Of a stretch of DNA of 64,000 bases, positions 38,418 to 46,723 are shown piece by piece; within the stretch, counting starts at the first letter, position 1, and each line of letters begins with the position of its first letter. The translations under genes and the position numbers were made by a program. Source of the DNA: Desulfosoma sp. (GTDB lineage Bacteria > Desulfobacterota > Syntrophobacteria > Syntrophobacterales > DSM-9756). Below the pieces are notes generated by a model, which worked only from the letters and a program-made list of their open reading frames with translations, made no database searches and had not been told where the DNA came from. The DNA is taken from NCBI GenBank assembly GCA_037481835.1, contig JBBFKW010000003.1:189247-253246 (forward strand), read 5' to 3'.

Positions 38418-39593
38418 ATGCGGGAAGCGGTCATCGTCAGTGCAGTGAGAACGCCGCTGGGGAGCTTCAACGGCTCTCTTTCGGGGATCGGTGCCACGGC
38501 TCTGGGCGCCGTGGTCATTGAAGAAGCGGTCCGACGCGCGGGGATCCAGAAAAGCGACGTCAACGAAGTCATCATGGGGCAGGTCCTTCCCTGCGGTTAC
38601 GGGCAGAACCCGGCCAAGCAGGCGGCCGTCAAAGCGGGCATGCCGTGGGAAGTGGAATGTTTTACGGTGAACAAGGTGTGCGGCTCGGGCCTCAAGGCGG
38701 TGATGCTCGCCGCTCAGGCCGTCCAGACAGGCGATGCGGACGTGGTGGTCGCCGGCGGCATGGAAAACATGAGCATGGCTCCGTATTTCCTGGACAAGGC
38801 CCGCACGGGCTATCGCATGGGCCACGGCCAGCTCAAGGACCACATGATTCACGACGGCCTGTGGGACATCGTGAACGACTTCCACATGGGCATTTCCAAC
38901 GAACTGTGCAGCGAACGCTACGGGGTGAGCCGCGAAGACCAGGACCGCTACGCCCTGGAATCCTACAGGAGAGCCCTGGCGGCTATCGAGGCGGGAAAGT
39001 TCAAGGACGAGATCGTCCCCGTACCCATCCCGCAGCGCAAAGGCGATCCCGTTCTGTTTGCCAAGGACGAATGCCCGCGGGAGACGAGCTATGAAATTCT
39101 TTCCAAGATGAAGCCGGCCTTCAAGGAAGGCGGGGTCACCACGGCCGGAAACGCCTCGGTCATTTCCGACGGTGCGGCGGCCGTCGTGGTCATGTCCCGG
39201 GAAAAGGCGGAAGCCCTGGGCTGCCGCGTGTTGGCCGCCGTTGGGGCCCAGGCCTCCGCCGGTATCGACATGAAATACGTCCTTGTGGCGCCCATCTGGG
39301 CCGTGCCCAAGTGCCTGAAGAAGGAAGGTATCGGGCTGGATGATGTGGATCTTTACGAAATCAACGAAGCCTTCAGCGGTTCCACGGTGGCCGTCCTGAA
39401 GGAACTGAAATTGGATCCCGCCAAGGTGAACGTCAACGGCGGCAGCGTCTCCCTGGGCCATCCCATCGGAGCCAGCGGGGCGCGGGTCTTGGTGACCTTG
39501 ATTTATGAAATGATTCGCCAAAACAAGAAAACGGGCTTGGCGTCCCTGTGCCTCGGCGGCGGTGAGGCTGTGGCGCTTGTGGTCAAGAGATAG
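38418..39593 (+). CDS. Acetyl-CoA C-acetyltransferase (thiolase)
   Basis: NKVCGSG, NEAF, GHPIGASG, CLGGG. Confidence 0.96.
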   Translation: MREAVIVSAVRTPLGSFNGSLSGIGATALGAVVIEEAVRRAGIQKSDVNEVIMGQVLPCGYGQNPAKQAAVKAGMPWEVECFTVNKVCGSGLKAVMLAAQAVQTGDADVVVAGGMENMSMAPYFLDKARTGYRMGHGQLKDHMIHDGLWDIVNDFHMGISNELCSERYGVSREDQDRYALESYRRALAAIEAGKFKDEIVPVPIPQRKGDPVLFAKDECPRETSYEILSKMKPAFKEGGVTTAGNASVISDGAAAVVVMSREKAEALGCRVLAAVGAQASAGIDMKYVLVAPIWAVPKCLKKEGIGLDDVDLYEINEAFSGSTVAVLKELKLDPAKVNVNGGSVSLGHPIGASGARVLVTLIYEMIRQNKKTGLASLCLGGGEAVALVVKR

Positions 39594-39608
39594 ACAAGGA
39601 GGACAAGG

Positions 39609-40460
39609 ATGGACGTGAGGACTTTCGGCGTGATCGGCGCCGGCCAGATGGGAAACGGCATTGCCCAAGTGGCGGCCATGAGCGGCCTTTCGGTGATCAT
39701 GAACGATATCCAGGACGAATTCGTCCAAAGGGGACTTAATACCATCAAGAAAAACCTGGCGCGCAGCGTGGAAAAGGGCAAGATGAGCCAGGAAGAGATG
39801 GACGCCGTGTTGGGGCGCATCCGCACCAGCGTCGACCTGAAAGACATGGCCGCCGCCGATTTCGTTGTGGAAGCGGCGACGGAAAACGAGCAGATCAAGT
39901 TCAAGATTTTTCAGGACCTGGATGCCATTTGCCCGCCCCATGCCATCCTCGCGACGAACACATCATCGATCCCCATCGGGCGGATTGCCGGCAAGACCAA
40001 GAGGCCGGACAAGGTCATCGGCATGCACTTCATGAATCCCGTGCCTGTGATGAAACTCGTGGAGATCATCCGAGGGATCGCCACCTCCGACGAAACCTTT
40101 AAGCTGACCTGGGATCTTTCCGAAAAGATGGGGAAAACCCCGGCCTTGGCGCAGGACTATCCCGGCTTTATCGCCAACCGGATCCTCATGCCCATGATCA
40201 ACGAAGCCGTCTACTGCCTCTACCACGGCGTGGGCACTCGGGAAGACATCGACACCGTGATGAAACTGGGCATGAACCACCCCATGGGGCCCTTGGCCTT
40301 GGCGGATCTCATCGGGTTGGACACCTGTTTGGCCATCATGGAAACCTTGTACCAGGGCTTCTGCGATTCCAAGTACAGGCCGTGTCCGCTGCTGCGCAAG
40401 TACGTGGAAGCCGGCTGGTTGGGCCGCAAGACGGGTCGAGGGTTTTACGAATACAGCTGA
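39609..40460 (+). CDS. hbd: 3-hydroxybutyryl-CoA dehydrogenase
   Basis: [39 protein letters not shown]. Confidence 0.93.
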   Translation: MDVRTFGVIGAGQMGNGIAQVAAMSGLSVIMNDIQDEFVQRGLNTIKKNLARSVEKGKMSQEEMDAVLGRIRTSVDLKDMAAADFVVEAATENEQIKFKIFQDLDAICPPHAILATNTSSIPIGRIAGKTKRPDKVIGMHFMNPVPVMKLVEIIRGIATSDETFKLTWDLSEKMGKTPALAQDYPGFIANRILMPMINEAVYCLYHGVGTREDIDTVMKLGMNHPMGPLALADLIGLDTCLAIMETLYQGFCDSKYRPCPLLRKYVEAGWLGRKTGRGFYEYS

Positions 40461-40476
40461 GACGGAGGCTCTTTCC

Positions 40477-41625
40477 ATGGACTTTGAATTCACCGAGGAA
40501 CAAAAAATCATCCAGGAAACCGCAGCCAAGTTTGCGAAAAACGAACTGGAACCCGTGGCGGCGGAACTGGACCGGACAAAGAACCGCGACATCCTCAAGA
40601 AGAATTTGAAAAAACTGGCCGAACTGGGCTTCATGGGCCTCAACGTGGATCCCGAATACGGCGGCACGGGCGCCGGCGTCGTCGCTTTTTCCCTGGCCAT
40701 GACGGAACTGGGCCGCGCCTGCGCGGCCACCACGGTGACGACTTCCGTGACCAACATGGTGGCCGAAGTCATCCAGGCCATGGGCACGGAAGAGCAGAAA
40801 CGGCGCTACATCCCGCCATTGTGCAGCGGGGAGTATGCGGCGGGGAGTTTCGCCCTGTCGGAACCCGGAGCGGGCTCGGATCCGGCGGGGATCCGAACCA
40901 GCGCGGTGAAAGACGGCGATCACTGGGTCATTAACGGCACCAAGCTGTGGATTTCCAGCGCGGAATACGCCGGGGTCTTCGTGGTTTGGGCCGTAACGGA
41001 TAAGGAAGCGCCCAAGGGGAAGGGGATCACGTGCTTCCTCGTGGAACCCGGCACCCCGGGCTTCACCATCGGCAAGGATGAAAAGAAACTGGGGCAGCAC
41101 GGCTCATCGACCAATGAGCTGCTCTTCGAAGACTGCCGGGTGCCTGCGAGCGCCGTCCTCGGCACGGTCAACGACGGGTTTCGGATCGCGGTTTCCGAAT
41201 TGGCGGGCGGCCGCATCGGCATCGGCTCCATGGCCCTGGGGATCGGGTTGGCGGCCATGGACTTTGCATCCAACTATGCCAAGGAGCGCATCCAGTTCGG
41301 CGTGCCCATCGCCAAGCATCAGGCCATCCAGTGGATGATCGCCGACAATTACACGCGCCTGGAAGCGGCGCGCCTGCTGCTCCTTCGCGCCGCCTACCTC
41401 AAAGAAAACAAGCGCCCCTATTCCAAGGAAGCCTCCATGGGAAAACTCTACGCCACGGAAGCGGCCAACAAGGCCTGCTATGATGCCATCCAGATCTTGG
41501 GCGGCTACGGCTATACGCAGGATTTTCCCGTGGAACGCTACTATCGGGATGTGCGGGTGACCAGCATCTACGAAGGGACGAGCGAAATCCAGCGCCTCAT
41601 CATCGCCCGGGAACTGCTCAAATAG
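40477..41625 (+). CDS. Acyl-CoA (butyryl-CoA-like) dehydrogenase
   Basis: FALSEPGAGSD, NGTKLWIS, QILGGYGY, IYEGTSEIQ. Confidence 0.94.
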   Translation: MDFEFTEEQKIIQETAAKFAKNELEPVAAELDRTKNRDILKKNLKKLAELGFMGLNVDPEYGGTGAGVVAFSLAMTELGRACAATTVTTSVTNMVAEVIQAMGTEEQKRRYIPPLCSGEYAAGSFALSEPGAGSDPAGIRTSAVKDGDHWVINGTKLWISSAEYAGVFVVWAVTDKEAPKGKGITCFLVEPGTPGFTIGKDEKKLGQHGSSTNELLFEDCRVPASAVLGTVNDGFRIAVSELAGGRIGIGSMALGIGLAAMDFASNYAKERIQFGVPIAKHQAIQWMIADNYTRLEAARLLLLRAAYLKENKRPYSKEASMGKLYATEAANKACYDAIQILGGYGYTQDFPVERYYRDVRVTSIYEGTSEIQRLIIARELLK

Positions 41626-41648
41626 GCGTGCCGAGGACCTTCCGTTCG

Positions 41649-41690
41649 CGCCCGCACGGGGGCCGGGCCACCCCGGCCCCCGTGCGGGCG
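41649..41690. terminator. Perfect 19-bp GC-rich hairpin between convergent genes
   Basis: CGCCCGCACGGGGGCCGGG-CCAC-CCCGGCCCCCGTGCGGGCG; no clear U-tract. Confidence 0.6.
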
Positions 41691-41733
41691 GCCCCATGGA
41701 TCCGCCCTGCCTTTTTCTCCAGCCTTGAGTCCT

Positions 41734-42723
41734 TCACCCCCTGCACCCAAGCCCAGAGTCCGGCGCTTCCGTTGGGGAACCCGCGGCACACTCTACGGCC
41801 GCCTGAAGGGTTTCGCCGGGGTTCCGGGCCGGGCGAAAAACCTCCGCGAGCTGTGATACAACCATCCCCACAAGCATGAGCGCGCAGCCGAAGAGGGCCC
41901 TCATGGTAAGGCCTTCGGAGAGGATCACCCATCCGGCCAAGGCGGCTACGGGCGATTCCATACTGAGCAAAATGGAGGCGTGGGCTGGGTGGGCGTGCTT
42001 TTGCGCCACCACCTGGAGCGTGTAAGCGATCCCTACCGAAACGAAGCCGCCGTAGAGGATGGGCACGGCGGCGTCCCGAACGGCCCCTGCGGACGTCTCT
42101 TCGAAAATGACGGCCGAAATCAGGCTTAACACGGAACAGACGGCAAACTGGCAACAGGCGAGCTTGACGGGATCCCTCCGGGGAGAAAGCCAACCGAGGA
42201 GCAACACGTGCGCCGTCCAGAAAAAGGCGCCCAGGAAGACCAACGCGTCTCCACGATCCATCGTCAATTCCTTGGTGATACTCAAAAAATAAAGCCCTAC
42301 GGCGGCCAGAACGGCCCCGACCCAGGTGCCCAGGGGAGGACGTTGTTTCCAGATCAATCCGAAAAGCGGCACCATGACCACATAAAGCCCGGTGATGAAG
42401 CCGGCTTTTCCCGCCGTTGTGTAAACGATGCCGATTTGCTGCAAGGAGGCGCCTCCGAAGAGAACCAGGCCCACAGGGAGGCCGGAGCGCCACGCCGCCC
42501 GCCACCTGGGATCGGACCCGGGCAGGAGGGAACCGCCGTTTGTGCGGCGGTCCATGATGTGGATCAAGGGAAGGAGAGAAAGGCTTCCCAAGGCGAACCG
42601 AATGCCGTTGAACGCCATGGGCCCGATGGCCTCCATCCCTTTGCGTTGGGCGACGAAGGCCACGCCCCAAAGAATCGCCGTGGTAAGAAGAAGGAGGTCC
42701 GCTTTGAGGGTCTGCGTGTGCAT
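41734..42723 (-). CDS. DMT/EamA family transporter
   Basis: About ten TM helices; WG..F, QQIGI.YTTAGKAGFI, AYTLQ, SMES. Confidence 0.9.
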   Translation of the reverse strand: MHTQTLKADLLLLTTAILWGVAFVAQRKGMEAIGPMAFNGIRFALGSLSLLPLIHIMDRRTNGGSLLPGSDPRWRAAWRSGLPVGLVLFGGASLQQIGIVYTTAGKAGFITGLYVVMVPLFGLIWKQRPPLGTWVGAVLAAVGLYFLSITKELTMDRGDALVFLGAFFWTAHVLLLGWLSPRRDPVKLACCQFAVCSVLSLISAVIFEETSAGAVRDAAVPILYGGFVSVGIAYTLQVVAQKHAHPAHASILLSMESPVAALAGWVILSEGLTMRALFGCALMLVGMVVSQLAEVFRPARNPGETLQAAVECAAGSPTEAPDSGLGCRG

Positions 42724-42964
42724 GAAAAGACTCCGCGTTGAAAGAAGGATCCGTTCCGGCCGCAAGAACCCATGCCATAGCTGACACCGATCCAGGGAGT
42801 CAAGCCCGACCGGGCGTGTTTCTCTTGCTCCGAGCCTGAGAAAATGGATATGAAAGAAACAACGCTTTCTCCGTGTAAGATTCCAGCGGCAACACTGTCT
42901 TAGGGAGGCTTCCCGCCGCAGGCAAACGCAATGCCTTCGACTCCATGATGAAAGGAATCGACCC

Positions 42965-44506
42965 ATGCACGCAGACCATCGTGACAGCAAGCCCATTTTG
43001 GTCACCGGAGCGACGGGATACGTGGGCGGGCGGCTCGCCCCCAAGCTTCTTTCGGAAGGGTATCGCGTCCGGGTCATCGCCAGGTCGGCGTCCAAGGTGC
43101 GGTGCCGCCCTTGGGGCACCCATCCCAATTTGGAAGTCTATCGGGCCGACGTCATGGACCGGGACTCCCTCGTGAAGGCCGCTCAAGGTTGCCGGGCCGC
43201 CTTCTACCTGGTCCACTCCATGGCGCCGGGCAAGAAGGATTTCGCCGATCTTGATCGAATCGCGGCCGAGAACATGGTCATCGCGGCGGGCAAGGCCCAC
43301 CTGGAACGCATGATCTACCTTGGGGGGCTGGGCCGCGAGACGGAAGATCTCAGCAAGCACCTGCGCTCCCGTCTGGAAACCGCCCGTATTTTGCAATCGG
43401 GCCCCACTCCGACCACCTTTTTGCGGGCGGCCATGATCTTGGGGGCCGGAAGCGCCTCCTTCGAAATCCTTCGCTATCTGGTGGATCGCCTTCCCGTCAT
43501 GATCACGCCCCGCTGGGTTCGAACGCCCTGCCAACCCATCGCCATCAGCAATGTGCTGAACTATCTCACAGGCTGCCTGGAATCGCCCCACGTCCTCGGT
43601 CAGACACTGGATATCGGCGGTCCCGACGTCCTGACCTATGAAGACCTCATGCGCATCTACGCCGAAGAGGCGGGTTTGGCGCGCCGGTGGATTATCCCCG
43701 TGCCCGTGCTCACGCCGCGGCTGAGTGCCTACTGGCTCAACCTGATCACTCCCGTACCCATGGCTTTGGCCCGGCCTTTGGCGGAAGGGCTGCGCAACGC
43801 AGTGGTTTGCGAAGATTTCCGCATCCGGCAATGGATTCCGCAGAAGCTTCTAAGCTGCCGCGAAGCCATTCGGGAAGCCCTGCAGAGAATCCGGCAGGCG
43901 CAGGTGGAAACCTGTTGGGCCGATGCGGGATGGACGACGCCTCCCGAATGGATCCAATGCGGCGATGCCCCTTATGCGGGAGGGACCATCATGGAATGCG
44001 CCTACCGCATGACGATCCCAGTGCCGCCTGAAAAAGTCTGGGAGACGGTGCAGCAGGTGGGTGGATCCCGCGGGTGGTTTTTCGGCGATGCCCTGTGGAA
44101 GGCCAGGGGCTGGATCGATCGGCTCGCGGGCGGAGTCGGGCACATGCGCGGACGACGCGATCCCGACCGCCTCTACGTGGGCGACACCGTGGACTATTGG
44201 CGCGTCTTGGAAATGGTTCCCGAACGACGGCTCCTTCTCCTGGCGGAAATGAAAATGCCGGGTGAAGCGGTACTGGATTTTCGCCTAGCCCCCTTGGGGT
44301 TGTCGGAAACCGAGGTCCAGGTCATCGCCCGGTTTCTTCCCCGAGGCCTTGTGGGCATGGCCTACTGGAGCCTGCTCACCCCGTTCCACAAGCGGATTTT
44401 CCGAGGTCTGCTGGAAGGCTTGGCCAAGAGCCTCCAGGTTACGCCCTCGGCCGGACCGCAACTCTTCGATGCACGGATGCCGCATGCCTGTCATCTTGCG
44501 GCGTGA
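42965..44506 (+). CDS. Atypical SDR oxidoreductase with DUF2867-like C-domain (YbjT-like)
   Basis: LVTGATGYVGGRL, YLVHSM, GSASFE, AEMKMPGEA, YW. Confidence 0.88.
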   Translation: MHADHRDSKPILVTGATGYVGGRLAPKLLSEGYRVRVIARSASKVRCRPWGTHPNLEVYRADVMDRDSLVKAAQGCRAAFYLVHSMAPGKKDFADLDRIAAENMVIAAGKAHLERMIYLGGLGRETEDLSKHLRSRLETARILQSGPTPTTFLRAAMILGAGSASFEILRYLVDRLPVMITPRWVRTPCQPIAISNVLNYLTGCLESPHVLGQTLDIGGPDVLTYEDLMRIYAEEAGLARRWIIPVPVLTPRLSAYWLNLITPVPMALARPLAEGLRNAVVCEDFRIRQWIPQKLLSCREAIREALQRIRQAQVETCWADAGWTTPPEWIQCGDAPYAGGTIMECAYRMTIPVPPEKVWETVQQVGGSRGWFFGDALWKARGWIDRLAGGVGHMRGRRDPDRLYVGDTVDYWRVLEMVPERRLLLLAEMKMPGEAVLDFRLAPLGLSETEVQVIARFLPRGLVGMAYWSLLTPFHKRIFRGLLEGLAKSLQVTPSAGPQLFDARMPHACHLAA

Positions 44507-44537
44507 GGCGTTGAACCCCAGCACGAAGGAGGGAACC

Positions 44538-45917
44538 ATGAGAAGATCAGCGTTTCTTGGGGTGTTCGTCCTGGCGTGGGCGCTCTTTTTCCCAACGGCG
44601 GGTCTGGACGGCGCGGGCCGAGCCTGGGCCGGACCCGCGTTGATGGTCATGGGGGACAGCCTCGGCGAAGGCGTCCAATCGGCGGACGCCAACCTGCGCA
44701 CGCAGCCCAACAGCTATGCCGTTTGGGTTGCGCGACGAGCCGGGATCAATCTCATACTCCCCTACATTGTGAGCGGGCCCTTGGGCACGGTCGGCGACAC
44801 ATCCGTCCGCTACCGATTGTTTCCCTATCTTGCAGGCACCAATCTGGCCGTCTCGGGAGCCGACTCCTGGTCGGTCCTGAACGACCGGGCTCTGGCCACG
44901 TCGCCTCGAGCGATTTCCAGCGAAACCGAACTCGTGCTCTTCCCACGGATCGGGAGCCAAATGGAAATCGTGGAGGCCCTAAAACCCCGGACGGTTCTCT
45001 GTTGGATCGGGAGCAACGACGTTTTGTCCGCGGTCCTGACCTTCGATGAGCTGAATGAGGCCGCCATAAAAAATCACATGACGGACAATGAGACCTTCAA
45101 GGACAACTACGAAAAACTCCTGTCGCGTCTGAGCAACGTCGGCGCACAGGTGGTCTTGGGCGATATTCCGGATGTGACGGGCATCGGGTTCTTGCTGGAT
45201 AATGACGACTTGCAGCGTTTTCTCGGGCCGGGAACCTATCTCGACGAGGAATCGAGAACGACGATTGTAGCGGTTTTCATGATTCGTTTGGGCTTGGCGG
45301 ACGTGAGCATCCTGCAAAATCCCGACTACGTTCTGGATGCTTCGGAAATGGCCCTCATTCTGGATCGAACCGAGAAGCTGAACCAAATTATCTATGAGAC
45401 AGCCAATAGTTACAACTTCCCAGTGGTCAAGATTTCCGAGAAGTTCCGCGAAAACGCTCAAACCCATCCCGTCTACGCAGGGGTGCCCTTGTCTCCGCGA
45501 TACCTCGGAGGGCTCTTCAGTTTGGACGGCGTGCATCCCTCCAACATCGGCCATGCACTGATTGCCAACGAATTTCTCTCTGCACTCAGGAAGCGATACG
45601 GTTGGGGAGCTCCTTTATTGACAAAGAGCATGCTGGACAGCATTGCGGCGGATGATCCTTTCGTGGACTTGGACGGCGACGGTCGCGTGCGCGGACGGCC
45701 TTTCGCCGGAGCCTTGGAAACCCTCGGGCCCACCCTTGGAATTTCAGGTGACGTGGAGAACATATCATCCGAAAGAAAAGCCGTGGCGACTCAGGAGATC
45801 GACCCGGATAAGGCCCTGAACCTCTTGGACGGCTTGCGGGATCCCGCTCAGAGGGGATCCACGCTGTGGACGCAGGAACAGATCCGAGACGTTTTTCGTA
45901 AGATGTTTCGCCCATGA
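44538..45917 (+). CDS. Secreted SGNH/GDSL hydrolase
   Basis: AAGGAGG RBS; signal peptide; GDSL, NLAVSGA, IGSND, DGVHP blocks. Confidence 0.85.
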   Translation: MRRSAFLGVFVLAWALFFPTAGLDGAGRAWAGPALMVMGDSLGEGVQSADANLRTQPNSYAVWVARRAGINLILPYIVSGPLGTVGDTSVRYRLFPYLAGTNLAVSGADSWSVLNDRALATSPRAISSETELVLFPRIGSQMEIVEALKPRTVLCWIGSNDVLSAVLTFDELNEAAIKNHMTDNETFKDNYEKLLSRLSNVGAQVVLGDIPDVTGIGFLLDNDDLQRFLGPGTYLDEESRTTIVAVFMIRLGLADVSILQNPDYVLDASEMALILDRTEKLNQIIYETANSYNFPVVKISEKFRENAQTHPVYAGVPLSPRYLGGLFSLDGVHPSNIGHALIANEFLSALRKRYGWGAPLLTKSMLDSIAADDPFVDLDGDGRVRGRPFAGALETLGPTLGISGDVENISSERKAVATQEIDPDKALNLLDGLRDPAQRGSTLWTQEQIRDVFRKMFRP

Positions 45918-46145
45918 TCGGGCATGAAAGATCGTGGGTTACGGGGATTGCTTATTTCCGCCGTCCGGGCAAAAGGCCGGGACTGTCCGACGCTTGATGC
46001 CGCATTGTGCCGTGCGGATTTCTTCTCGGCGCCTGTGAGGGCCATGCCCGGAGTCGGATTCCCCGGTTGTTGTCCTATTGCGGTACGGTGGGTTCGCTTT
46101 GCTCAGCCCCCTCGAATCTTGCCGGCCAAATCCTTCAGCGAACTC

Positions 46146-46177
46146 GTAGGTTGGGGTGAGCGGAGCGAACCCCAACA
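46146..46177 (+). repeat. REP-like palindrome, family 1
   Basis: GTAGGTTGGGGTGAGCGGAGCGAACCCCAACA. Confidence 0.9.
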
Positions 46178-46315
46178 AAAATCGTGGACACGGCCGCACC
46201 ATCCCATACCGCCGAAACACAACACGCGATGAAGGGGCTCTAACGGCGCCTAACGCTCATGGTGAGGCTCGCCACGCCGCATCGATGAAAGATGTGGACA
46301 AGCAAGGGTTTTCCC

Positions 46316-46367
46316 TGTAGGAGCCGGCTCCCCGGCGATGCGGATCGCTGCCGAGGCCGCTCCTACA
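46316..46367. repeat. Inverted doublet of a second GTAG-type REP (REPIN-like)
   Basis: TGTAGGAGCCGGCTCCCCGGCGA..TCGCTGCCGAGGCCGCTCCTACA. Confidence 0.75.
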
Positions 46368-46419
46368 AGACTCCGAGAGCGCCATTCTTTTACATTGACC
46401 CCCATGGCGGGCCGCCCGT

Positions 46420-46469
46420 GACAACGAAGAATGAAAGTCTTGTAGTTACGGTATGTTACAGAGACTTTC
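46420..46469 (+). repeat. Second interspersed ~50-bp hairpin repeat, copy 2
   Basis: 42/50 identical to 3292-3341; ATGAAAGTCT..AGACTTTCAT stem. Confidence 0.8.
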
Positions 46470-46555
46470 ATGTAAAAGATTCTCGGACAAGCTCCAGGGG
46501 TTCGAGTTTCATCCTTCGTTGTGAGACCGAGACGTGCGAGCGTATGCCCGGTTTT

Positions 46556-46587
46556 TGTTGGGGTTCGCTGCGCTCACCCCAACCTAC
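46556..46587 (-). repeat. REP-like palindrome, family 1
   Basis: TGTTGGGGTTCGCTGCGCTCACCCCAACCTAC; left flank matches 3017-3037. Confidence 0.9.
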
Positions 46588-46723
46588 AGTCGGCGGCCCA
46601 ATTGGATGAGCCCACAGCCCATGCTTGCGCGCTCTACGGTCGCACACCCAGCATCCACCAGCCTGCGGGTTCGGCCTCGGGTGGAACGGCCTTCTCGCCC
46701 CTTGAGCACGAAAGGCTCCCGCC

